Assembly (NCBI GenBank): GCA_965369865.1
Contig: CBDURU010000062.1
Location: forward strand, 1 to 20,448
Length of the DNA: 20,448 bases
DNA from: an uncultured bacterium
GTDB lineage: Bacteria; JAJVIF01; JAPKYR01
Direction of reading: 5' to 3'
Both the position numbers and the translations under genes were made by a program. This document shows positions 1-8,458 of the stretch, piece by piece. Position 1 is the stretch's first letter, and each line of letters begins with the position of its first letter. The notes below the pieces were generated by a model, which had not been told where the DNA came from, did no database searches, and saw nothing but the letters and a program-made list of their open reading frames with translations.

Positions 1-292
1 TGCTCTCAGGGAGTGGTGATTATACACTCAAGCTTTGGGATATCGAGACGGGAGACGAAATTCGCACATTAACTGGGCATACCGATTATGTAACATCAGT
101 TGCAATCAGCCCGGACGGCTGTTACGTGCTCTCAGGGAGTGGTGATTATACACTCAAGCTTTGGGATATCGAGACGGGAGACGAAATTCGCACATTAACT
201 GGGCATACCGATTATGTAACATCAGTTGCATTCAGCCCGGACGGCCATTATGCACTCTCAGGAAGTTATGATACTACACTCAAGCTTTGGGA
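1..292 (+). repeat. 126-nt tandem repeat (2 full copies plus a partial third) encoding WD40 units
   Basis: 1-126 and 127-252 differ at only 4 positions, and the first 104 nt are identical. 253-292 is a more diverged partial copy. Confidence 0.95.
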
Positions 293-326
293 CCTGGGCT
301 TGGCGGAAACAAATATGGATGAATAA
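1..326 (+). CDS. WD40-repeat protein, C-terminal fragment (5' truncated)
   Basis: The frame is open from position 3 to the TAA ending at 326. It repeats [34 protein letters not shown](I/F)SPDG, with GH...WD signatures and a 42-aa period. The GTG at 126 is internal, not the true start. Confidence 0.93.
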   Translation, partial: LSGSGDYTLKLWDIETGDEIRTLTGHTDYVTSVAISPDGCYVLSGSGDYTLKLWDIETGDEIRTLTGHTDYVTSVAFSPDGHYALSGSYDTTLKLWDLGLAETNMDE

Positions 327-419
327 TAATTAGTAACCTTGTAAAATCACCTGGGGGCTATATAAATACAGAGATAGAAAGCGTTACCGATTTAATAATC
401 ACTAATGGAGGGCATTTAT

Positions 420-1547
420 ATGCAGACAAAATACCAGAGTGGATTCACCTTGATCGAACTCCTTGTTGTAATAACGATTATAGGTATCCTGGCGGCAATC
501 GCGCTCCCAAATTATATCAAGGCAAAGGACAAGGCCAAGGAAGCTGAGGTCAAGGCTAACATTCACACCATCCAGATAGCCCTCGAGCGATATATGGTTG
601 ACAAAGGCTCATATCCCAACCTGCTCATAGGTGGAGATATCGACGGGTGGACTCACTGGCACAATATTTACGACCAGGTAGAGCCTGAATATGGCTGGAT
701 ACACGACCCGCTGGTTAGCTGGGACTATATCACTTCCTATCCAGAAAACCCGTTCACCAGCGATGGCCTGGTGGTTATCAGGTCAACGACAACGGAACCA
801 TATCCCCGGCAGGGCGATGGCGATCCACGGTTTGGATACAAGGGAAATGTCATGGGAAACGGCCTTGAGGATTTTTACTTCTTTGAGTACCGATGGGGCG
901 CCCTTCCGTTACTCTGGACCGACAGGCTGGAAACACGCAGGACTTTGCCTCCAAATCAGATAGATACTCTTGGTTTCCCGGAACTCGATGGATCGGAGTA
1001 CCAGGGTCTTCATTACATGTTCGGCGGACGGCGTCGGTTTGTGGAATTGGAGGATGGTACAGAAGATATGAAAACGATAATGACATTCTGGCCCGGCAAT
1101 TTCCTGTACCGCGGCCTCGGCAGCCATATCACCGAACGACAGGGTTATACTCACTGGGATCCAGGTTACTACACTCCGGCTCACACCGATCGGTACATTC
1201 TTTGCGCTTACGGTTCATTCCAGCAGGAGGGGATGGATATGATCAGGATGCACGATCGAACTCCGGATGGCGATGAGATCCTATACTGTATGCCGCCGCC
1301 CTGGCCGGATCCGCCCACGATGAGTTTCGGATACGCGCAGATCAGGTTAGGCTGGCCTCCATGGACCGGATCGGGCGGTTGCGGGCTTCCCGAGGTGTCG
1401 GGTGGGGGCGATGCTTTCAAAGGGCCTTTCTACCCATACGATTCCATTAACGGCCAGTATATTTACGGTTCACCGGATGGGCATCCCGATGGGATCATCC
1501 TCGTTCTGGCTGCGGGTGCTGAAATGGACCTGAACGCGAGAAATTAG
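420..1547 (+). CDS. Prepilin-type N-terminal cleavage/methylation protein (GspG/type IV pilin-like N-terminus, long unknown C-terminal domain)
   Basis: SG^FTLIELLVVITIIGILAAIALPNY is a class III signal with E+5, followed by the GspG-like helix AKEAEVKANIHTIQIALERYMVDKGSYP. GGAGG at 407-411 favours ATG 420 over 405. Confidence 0.88.
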   Translation: MQTKYQSGFTLIELLVVITIIGILAAIALPNYIKAKDKAKEAEVKANIHTIQIALERYMVDKGSYPNLLIGGDIDGWTHWHNIYDQVEPEYGWIHDPLVSWDYITSYPENPFTSDGLVVIRSTTTEPYPRQGDGDPRFGYKGNVMGNGLEDFYFFEYRWGALPLLWTDRLETRRTLPPNQIDTLGFPELDGSEYQGLHYMFGGRRRFVELEDGTEDMKTIMTFWPGNFLYRGLGSHITERQGYTHWDPGYYTPAHTDRYILCAYGSFQQEGMDMIRMHDRTPDGDEILYCMPPPWPDPPTMSFGYAQIRLGWPPWTGSGGCGLPEVSGGGDAFKGPFYPYDSINGQYIYGSPDGHPDGIILVLAAGAEMDLNARN

Positions 1548-1572
1548 AATGTGTTGAATATTTGAATTTAAT

Positions 1573-1600
1573 GCCGACCGCATCACGCGGTCGGTTTTTT
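1573..1600 (+). terminator. Rho-independent terminator after the pilin-like gene
   Basis: GCCGACCGC-atcac-GCGGTCGGT stem followed by a T run. Confidence 0.85.
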
Positions 1601-1607
1601 ATATTAT

Positions 1608-1935
1608 AGGAAAAATTAATTTTTTTTAACCATCAAAAAAACAACCAACCGTAGAACAGCACGGCAGTGCGTCTTCCACCTTAAAACAATCCTGTTAAAC
1701 AATAATTGATTGGACATATTTAGATTTTAGAGGGGGACACCTGCTTTTCGACGGGCGAAAAGAGATGTCCCCGATCTCAGCTTGCCGACGCCACGCGTTC
1801 AGGATGCTTCAAGATTATGACAGGCAATAAGATGGAGTCCCTGATCTCGAATCAATATTTAAATAACAGGATTGGTCTAAAACAATCCTTTCGACGCACT
1901 GCCGTGCTGTTCTACGGTTTTTGCATTTTTCACTT
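1608..1935 (+). mobile_element. REPIN-like non-autonomous element, copy 1 (inverted GTAG-REP pair, ~220-nt interior)
   Basis: A 27-nt perfect inverted repeat AACCGTAGAACAGCACGGCAGTGCGTC lies at 1647-1673 and 1893-1919. The flanking AT-rich arms are also conserved in the other copies. Confidence 0.8.
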
Positions 1936-1945
1936 ATGGATTTTG

Positions 1946-2929
1946 TTATTCCTCATCCTGGGCCAGTGGATGGCTTTCCAGGTATCTTTCCCGTATATCT
2001 TTGAGCGATAAATGCGTATAAACCTGTACGGTGCTCAGGTCCGCATGGCCGAGAAGTTCCTGTACGGTCCTCAGATCGGCTCCGCCCTGGACCAGGTGTG
2101 TCGCGAACGAATGCCTTAGCGAGTGAGGTGTGGGGATCACCCTCAATCGCGCCTGTCTCGATCTTTCATTCAGAATCCTCTGGATCGATCGCTGCGTCAG
2201 CCGTCCACCCCTGTGGTTTATAAATAACGGTGAATCCTGAATGGTTTCAATTCCGTCCTTCATTCGTTTCCCAATGTAATTGCCAATCGCCATGCGGGCA
2301 GGCTCGCCCAGGAACACCACGCGTTCCTTGTTCCGTTTTCCCAAAACGGTCATTGTGTCGCCGGACTCAGGCAAATTACACAGGTTCAGGCTCACAAGCT
2401 CGGTAACCCTCATCCCTGTCGAGTAAAGACATTCGATTATCGCGCGGTCTCTCAATCCCCAGGTAGTGTCACCCGGTATCGACTTGATCAGCTTCACAAT
2501 TTCTTCCACTGTAAGAAATACGGGAAGTTTCTCATCCTTCCTTACACCTTTTATTCCTTCCGTCGGGTTGTTTGTGCAGATGCCGAACTCATTGCAATAT
2601 CGAAAGAATGATTTGATTGCGGTGAGCCTTCTGTTCATAGTCGCGGCGGCCAGCCTTTTTACCCTGATCCTGCCCTTTTGTACAGACGACCTTGGTTTTC
2701 CGAGATAGGTGAGGTAATCGGTAACATCCACCTCGAAAACCCGGTCAGGCCCCGCATTTTCCGAAAGCCCACGATCATCCATGAGGTAGGTAAAAAAATC
2801 CCTCAGGTCGCGACGGTATGCGTCGATGGTATTCGGGCTTTTCCCTTCGACCGCCGAAAGGTTCTCCAAAAATTTACCCAGGGCTTCCCGGCAGGGAAAT
2901 TTCTCGTCATTCCGCAAGTTCGATTGCAT
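1946..2929 (-). CDS. xerC: Tyrosine recombinase XerC/XerD family
   Basis: Catalytic motifs RDRAIIECLYSTGMRVTEL, LGKRNKER, HSLRHSFATH and LLGHADLSTVQVYTH are present. It lies directly downstream of trmFO (23-nt overlap), a common chromosomal arrangement. XerC versus XerD rests on context. Confidence 0.85.
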   Translation of the reverse strand: MQSNLRNDEKFPCREALGKFLENLSAVEGKSPNTIDAYRRDLRDFFTYLMDDRGLSENAGPDRVFEVDVTDYLTYLGKPRSSVQKGRIRVKRLAAATMNRRLTAIKSFFRYCNEFGICTNNPTEGIKGVRKDEKLPVFLTVEEIVKLIKSIPGDTTWGLRDRAIIECLYSTGMRVTELVSLNLCNLPESGDTMTVLGKRNKERVVFLGEPARMAIGNYIGKRMKDGIETIQDSPLFINHRGGRLTQRSIQRILNERSRQARLRVIPTPHSLRHSFATHLVQGGADLRTVQELLGHADLSTVQVYTHLSLKDIRERYLESHPLAQDEE

Positions 2930-4289
2930 CAGGAATGTAAAATCCTTTATCCCTTATGGATTTGATAAAAACAATTATACTTTCAATAGCGCGATTTACC
3001 GATGCCAGCCGGCGTTCTTTTTTTCTTCTGATCTTTTTTTCGAGTGGCGGGAGAAGTCCCAGTGTGGAGGTGACAGGCTGGAACGGAATATTTTTCACAT
3101 CGGTGATCGCACGTACAAGCGATCCGTGCATTGTTGTTTCCGGGGGCACCAGGATTTCAGAACCCTTTACAAGCGCGGTTAACGCAAGCCCGGCGAGATG
3201 TCCTGTGGCGATATCCTCGATATATCCCTCAACGCCTGCCAGGCACCCGGCAACAAGTATATGTGGAAACTCACTCACCTGAAGAGTCGGTTCGAGCAAA
3301 TATGGAGATTTGATATAAGCATTTCTGTGCATACTGCCGAACCGTGTAAATTCTGCGTTCTCCAGTCCGGGGATCATCCGAAAAACCTTTCTCTGCTCCG
3401 GATATGTGAGCCTTGTCTGGAACCCGACCAGGTTCCAGGATTCAGGATCGGCTTGTTCGCGCCGAAGCTGGACAACAGCGTAGGCCATTCTTTTTTTCTC
3501 ACTATCGGCTGGATCGGAGTCGGGCAGGGGAAGTCCGACCGGTTTCATGGCGCCGAACCGCAGTGCATCGAGGCCCCTTTTCGCAACAATTTCAACCGGA
3601 AGGCATCCCTCGAAAAGCTTGTCAGGTTCAAAGTCCTTAATACTGGTCCTTTCCGCTTTTACCAGGGCATTATGGAAAGTTTCATATTCATCTTTTGTAA
3701 ATGGGCAGTTAAGGTAGTCAGCCCCAACGGGATCGTACCTCGATCCATAGAAAGCCTTATCGAAATCGATACTGTCATGTGAAATCGACGGGCTGATCGC
3801 GTCGAAGAAAAACAGGTTGGCCTCCCCAAGCATGAGAGCGATATTTCTTAAAAGGGTGTCGGAGGTCAATGGCCCGGATGCAAGCAGTGCAGGGGGTGTA
3901 TCGGGATCTGGGTTAACCTCTTCAATCTCTTCCCTCACGACAAGGATATTTACTTCAGCATCCACGCGTTTTGTTACTTCTTCCGAAAATCTGTTTCGGT
4001 CTACAGCGAGGGCGTGTCCTGCCGGAACCCTGGTATTCAACGCGATTTCGAGTAAGGGGCTGGCAAGGCGCGCGAGTTCGAGTTTCAAACATCCCGACGC
4101 GGTCGTTGGCTTTATGCTTCCGAGAGAATTCGAACAAACAATTTGGGCAAGGTTGCCACCTGAATGCACGGGAGTCTGTACCGCCGGACGCATTTCCGAC
4201 AAACGGACTTTTACGCCGTTTCGACTGGCGACAAGCGCGGCCTCGCTACCGGCAAGTCCCGCCCCGATTATGTGGATTTCACCTGTCAT
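2907..4289 (-). CDS. trmFO: Methylenetetrahydrofolate--tRNA-(uracil-54-C5)-methyltransferase TrmFO
   Basis: IIGAGLAGSEAA FAD-binding motif, plus VCSNS, FFDAISP, YLNCP, FEGCLP, VGFQTRL, MHRN and GVEGY. Confidence 0.96.
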   Translation of the reverse strand: MTGEIHIIGAGLAGSEAALVASRNGVKVRLSEMRPAVQTPVHSGGNLAQIVCSNSLGSIKPTTASGCLKLELARLASPLLEIALNTRVPAGHALAVDRNRFSEEVTKRVDAEVNILVVREEIEEVNPDPDTPPALLASGPLTSDTLLRNIALMLGEANLFFFDAISPSISHDSIDFDKAFYGSRYDPVGADYLNCPFTKDEYETFHNALVKAERTSIKDFEPDKLFEGCLPVEIVAKRGLDALRFGAMKPVGLPLPDSDPADSEKKRMAYAVVQLRREQADPESWNLVGFQTRLTYPEQRKVFRMIPGLENAEFTRFGSMHRNAYIKSPYLLEPTLQVSEFPHILVAGCLAGVEGYIEDIATGHLAGLALTALVKGSEILVPPETTMHGSLVRAITDVKNIPFQPVTSTLGLLPPLEKKIRRKKERRLASVNRAIESIIVFIKSIRDKGFYIPDAIELAE

Positions 4290-4320
4290 GCTGTGGAATC
4301 CAAGTCAGTTGTACACAAAT

Positions 4321-4767
4321 TTAACATGACTCGAAATCAGCAATTTTATTCATGCGACGTTCGTGACGTCCGCCCTCGAATTTTTCCTTGAGAAACGCTT
4401 CCATGATCTCGACAATCATTTGCCATTCGGTAGCCTCGGCGGACAGGACAAGAATATTTGCGTTATTGTGCCATCTGGCATATTGAGTCTGCACCAGGCT
4501 GGTGCAAAGCGCAGCCCTTGCACCCCTGACCTTGTTCGCGGCGATAGCCATCCCGTTTCCCCATCCACAGATAAGGATACCAACGGAGGCTCCATCCGAT
4601 TCAACTACCTTCTTTGCGCATGGAACGCCGTAGTCGACATAATCGACGCTCTCAGTTGTGCCAGGTCCCATGTCAACAGGTTCGTGGCCGTTCTCAAGGC
4701 ACCATTTTTTAATGCGGTTAAGGGTATCGACGCCGCGATGGTCACAGGCAAGCAGGATTTGGGTCAT
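4321..4767 (-). CDS. rpiB: RpiB/LacA/LacB family sugar-phosphate isomerase
   Basis: ACDHRG, SVDYVDY, GILICGWGNGMAIAANKVRGARAA, HNNANIL and FEGGRHERR motifs. Confidence 0.88.
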   Translation of the reverse strand: MTQILLACDHRGVDTLNRIKKWCLENGHEPVDMGPGTTESVDYVDYGVPCAKKVVESDGASVGILICGWGNGMAIAANKVRGARAALCTSLVQTQYARWHNNANILVLSAEATEWQMIVEIMEAFLKEKFEGGRHERRMNKIADFESC

Positions 4768-4776
4768 TCCGGTCTC

Positions 4777-5166
4777 CTAAGCCTGGTTCGGTTTCAAGCG
4801 AAAATGTCCGTTTATCAACACGAAAATTCTCCAAGCAAGGACCAATATAATTATGAAAAGCACGATACGCAAGAAATTATAGAATCCTGTGGTGTCATTT
4901 GCGGCAATTGATCGGCTTCCAGTGCGTAAACTCTGCACTTCCCAGGCTGCCGCCTGGCGTTCGGCATGTGTTTCACCAAGCATAAATCCATCAGCGGCAC
5001 GCGCCATTGCTTCCTGTCGTTCCAGTTCATTAAGCTCGCGATTGTTGTAAGCCGCCATGGTTGAATTTTTCGGGATCAGAACCAGCGTAACAACAGCAAG
5101 CAGCAGAAAGCCGGCCAGCAGGTACATCTGTTGATTTTTAGTTAACGTCATCGTGTTCTTATCCAT
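4777..5166 (-). CDS. Hypothetical membrane protein, two predicted TM helices
   Basis: Hydrophobic stretches MYLLAGFLLLAVVTLVLI and IVLFIIILVLAWRIFVLI flank a soluble loop. It is co-oriented with rpiB and ends 9 nt before it. Confidence 0.7.
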   Translation of the reverse strand: MDKNTMTLTKNQQMYLLAGFLLLAVVTLVLIPKNSTMAAYNNRELNELERQEAMARAADGFMLGETHAERQAAAWEVQSLRTGSRSIAANDTTGFYNFLRIVLFIIILVLAWRIFVLINGHFRLKPNQA

Positions 5167-5274
5167 CTGTCTTTACCATAAACCTGGCGTTCTATAATAA
5201 AGTCGCAATAATTACCTCCATCATTATTAAAATAAATTTGTAGGAGTAAATATACTTAAATGTTTATTTTAATG

Positions 5275-6027
5275 TTAATGGGAGATTAATTTCCGGGAAC
5301 GCTCGATTGTAAAAACAAGTCCGGTAAATCGCCAAAGCTCCGGTATTCGCTTTAAACGTGCCGATGGCTGGGTAAATGTCCTGTATAACCATTCCGTTCC
5401 CGTTGCCTGGAATAATTCAGGGGCACGTTTTAAAAGACCCGACCAGATATCAAAGCTCCCGCCAACCCCTATCGCAACCGCGCAATTAAGGCGGTTGAGG
5501 TTATGCGCGATAAATTCCTCCTGCCTTGGGGAGCCCATCCCAACAAGAAGAATGTGCGGTTCGTGTGCGGCAATTTCATCAACGACGCGGTTACTTTCGG
5601 CCGTATCAAAATAACCGTCCCTCCACTTTATCGAATCGAAACCGGGATATTTATTTTTGATCTCCCCCGCGGCTTTTTCAACTACGTCCGGTATTGAACC
5701 AAGCAGGAAAATTCGGCCGTTCATCCCGATCACTTCATCGATTGCCCATGACGCAAGATCGATACCCGGGATTTTTTCAACTTTCTTTCCTGTCAGCCTC
5801 GTTTCTCCCCAGACTACCCCGACCCCGTCGGGTACAACAATCCCGGCATTTGAAATAATACCGGCGAATTTTTCATCCCTGTGTGCCCTTAAGCACATCT
5901 CCGGAGTAATAGTAATCAAGTGTACAGGCGTAAATGTGCCGATATGATCGAGGATCGCGGATTTTGCATCCGACCATAAATGGTGGGTGACACCAAGTCC
6001 GGGATGTTCTATCGGATCCCTGTTCAT
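5275..6027 (-). CDS. WecB/TagA/CpsF (GT26) glycosyltransferase
   Basis: VPDGVGVVW, GIDL, IFLLGS, DGYF, VGMGSPRQE, GVGGSFD, KRAP and GTEWLYR motifs. Confidence 0.92.
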   Translation of the reverse strand: MNRDPIEHPGLGVTHHLWSDAKSAILDHIGTFTPVHLITITPEMCLRAHRDEKFAGIISNAGIVVPDGVGVVWGETRLTGKKVEKIPGIDLASWAIDEVIGMNGRIFLLGSIPDVVEKAAGEIKNKYPGFDSIKWRDGYFDTAESNRVVDEIAAHEPHILLVGMGSPRQEEFIAHNLNRLNCAVAIGVGGSFDIWSGLLKRAPELFQATGTEWLYRTFTQPSARLKRIPELWRFTGLVFTIERSRKLISH

Positions 6028-6030
6028 TTT

Positions 6031-7224
6031 TCAGCGGTTGCGTTCCCAGTAAATTTTCTGCCTGAATGTAATCCTGATAATGCTGATAAAGCTGGCGGCG
6101 TTCACCATTGTGAAGTAAAGGGGAATCTGAAACAGCTTCGGGGGATGACTGCCGGCTTTTTCAATTAACAACCCGAGTGCCGCGAGCATGTAGAACAGGA
6201 CTTGAAGTGCGAAGACGGTTGCGTAGAACGTTGAGAATGCCCATAAAAATCCTGCTGAAGCGAGAAGGAAAATCTGGTAGAAAGGCACGAAATACCTTAG
6301 CAGTTTGTGCGAGAAAAGTTGAAAGGAGATGAGTCCCCGGCCTTTTAAAATGGATCTCCACCAGAGCATCATTGTCGATGGCAGCATCTGGCCGGTGATA
6401 CGCATCTTTCGCCTGTACTCGGCCATGAAATTCCCGCTTGGCGCCTCGAAGGACCGGGCGTCTTCCATGAGGATCGATCGGTAGCCGTCAATTATCGCCA
6501 TCACCGGAAGTTCAAAATCATCACCACGGGTTTCAGATAACGGATGGTATGCTTCCAGCCTTACCGCGAAGATGCTGCCGTTCGCGCCGGGAAGGGTACC
6601 AAGCCTTGAGGACAGCCTTTTCAGGAAAGTTTCATACTTCCAGTACAGACCCTCCATCTGACCGGCCCCGCCGTTGGTGGGATTAACATATCTCAATAAT
6701 CCGGAAACACTCCCGATATCGGGATTGGAAAGCGGTTTTGTAATTTTCCTGAGCGCCTCCGGTTCCCAGTGAGCATTTGCATCCGTGAAAGCCAGAATTT
6801 TGATATTCGGCCTGTTCTCTTTCAGCCATTCGACCCCTTTTCCCAGGATGGCGCTTTTACCGCGGTTAACCTTGAAATCGAGGAGTTGGATATTTTCATC
6901 GGGATGAAGCCTGGCGAATTTTGACGCAAGTTCGGCGGTGGCGTCGACGGACCCGTCATTAAGCACAACAATCTGGAATTTATCTTTCGGGTAATCCAGT
7001 TCGATTGCATTTGCCAGTTTTTTCTCAATCTCTTTTTCTTCATTGAAACAAGCGATCATCAACGCGACGGGAGGAAGGCCGGAATCCGACTCATAGCCGG
7101 GGATCGCATTGTTTTTACCGAAAACCAGAGCGAGGGCGGCGAGAATGAGAGGGTATATGAAATACACGTAAAACCCAAGTGTGAAGGATATCCAGAACAG
7201 CCAGATTAGAAATGTTTCAATCAT
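6031..7224 (-). CDS. Glycosyltransferase family 2, membrane-bound
   Basis: IACFNEE, NDGSVD, NRGK, FTDAN, YWKYE, GANGSIFAVR, DDF and SHKLLR motifs, with N- and C-terminal TM segments. Confidence 0.92.
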   Translation of the reverse strand: MIETFLIWLFWISFTLGFYVYFIYPLILAALALVFGKNNAIPGYESDSGLPPVALMIACFNEEKEIEKKLANAIELDYPKDKFQIVVLNDGSVDATAELASKFARLHPDENIQLLDFKVNRGKSAILGKGVEWLKENRPNIKILAFTDANAHWEPEALRKITKPLSNPDIGSVSGLLRYVNPTNGGAGQMEGLYWKYETFLKRLSSRLGTLPGANGSIFAVRLEAYHPLSETRGDDFELPVMAIIDGYRSILMEDARSFEAPSGNFMAEYRRKMRITGQMLPSTMMLWWRSILKGRGLISFQLFSHKLLRYFVPFYQIFLLASAGFLWAFSTFYATVFALQVLFYMLAALGLLIEKAGSHPPKLFQIPLYFTMVNAASFISIIRITFRQKIYWERNR

Positions 7225-7243
7225 AAAATCTTATTGTATTATA

Positions 7244-8458
7244 TCAAATCAATTTCTGAATTTCGTCCCGGAATCCGGAAGCGACTATTTTCCAGGAATA
7301 TTTTCTCTCGGCGACAACCCGCGCGTTTCGCCCGAGTACCTGTCTTAATTCGGCGTTCCCGAGCACATCGAGGATTCCATCGGCAAAGGATCCCGCATCG
7401 TCGCGGATCAATATATCCTCTCCATCGAGATATTCAATTCCCTCCGCTCCAAGTGAAGTTGAAACAACCGCCTTACCGAGCGCGAACGCTTCGAGGATCT
7501 TTAACCTCATACCGCTGCCGATCCATAACGGTACCACGCAGCAGCTCGCACGGTTGATATAGTCCGTAACCGAATCGACATAACCGGTAGTTTCTACCGT
7601 ATCCGATGCCAGCTTTTCAAGGTATGGCGGCGGTTTTTTCCCCACAAGTGTGAAATGAGCGTCCGGGAATTTCTTGATCACCCTTTGCCATACTTCGTTA
7701 ATCAGCCAGGTTGCGCCGTCCACGTTCGGCTGCCAGTCGAACGATCCGACAAACACAACCTCACCCTCAACCGGATTAATTTCCGATGGTTGAAGCTCAT
7801 CAACATCGACCCCTGCTGTTACGGTAATAAAATTCGCGGCTCTTTTACTCATCTCCTCGAACGCTTTCCGATCCATATCGCTGATTGCGGCGACAAGGTC
7901 GAATTTAGAAAATACGTTCGATTCGTACGTTTTCGTCTTGATCGCTTCGTTCCCCGCGAATGCCTTAATCAATGGGTTATCTATCCTTTCGGCGTATTTC
8001 TTCACGATAGTCGATTCGACATTCTGGGTTCTGAGAACAAGTGGAGGAACGGTAATTTTCTTTTTCAGTGCCGCGGATTTTACATCCAAGGCGAGTTGAG
8101 CCAGGTGAAGGTGGTCGACAATAACACAATCATAAGAAGGTTCCGATTCAAGAAACTCAACGAGGCGGTCAACGGCATCTTTTGAGTGATATTTTCTGAA
8201 CTTGAACGGCACATTGTCTCCGAGGCTCGCGAATAACCTCGAAAAGAGTTTCCCCGGATTACCGGGAAGGAAAAAATTCCCGGTGATCAGCCTGGAGAAT
8301 TCATCAGGAATGGCAGGGGGTGAATGTCCATGGTAGATAATCCCCGATGTAATATCGTGGCCCTGGGCATGGAACTCCCGCATCATGTAATACGGGTCCT
8401 GTTTGCCCCCAGTGTCGGGCGGATATGGCAGTACCGGTAGAAGCCAGAGTATTCTCAT
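7244..8458 (-). CDS. Glycosyltransferase family 4 (GT-B fold)
   Basis: MRILW..PYPPDTGG, QNVES, FVGSFDWQPNVDG and PLWIGSGMRLKILEAFALGKAVVSTSLGAEGI (EX7-type region). Confidence 0.92.
   Translation of the reverse strand: MRILWLLPVLPYPPDTGGKQDPYYMMREFHAQGHDITSGIIYHGHSPPAIPDEFSRLITGNFFLPGNPGKLFSRLFASLGDNVPFKFRKYHSKDAVDRLVEFLESEPSYDCVIVDHLHLAQLALDVKSAALKKKITVPPLVLRTQNVESTIVKKYAERIDNPLIKAFAGNEAIKTKTYESNVFSKFDLVAAISDMDRKAFEEMSKRAANFITVTAGVDVDELQPSEINPVEGEVVFVGSFDWQPNVDGATWLINEVWQRVIKKFPDAHFTLVGKKPPPYLEKLASDTVETTGYVDSVTDYINRASCCVVPLWIGSGMRLKILEAFALGKAVVSTSLGAEGIEYLDGEDILIRDDAGSFADGILDVLGNAELRQVLGRNARVVAERKYSWKIVASGFRDEIQKLI

Noticed and set aside
1817..2011. 64-aa + strand ORF
   Set aside because: It runs through a REP and overlaps the xerC 3' end antisense, so it is likely spurious.
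1647..2929. Integron or prophage: recombinase as integrase, inverted repeats as attC/att sites
   Set aside because: The protein has Xer-like length and motifs, with no obvious IntI-specific insertion, and is coupled to trmFO. The repeats lack clear RYYYAAC/GTTRRRY boxes and flank housekeeping genes. There are no phage genes.
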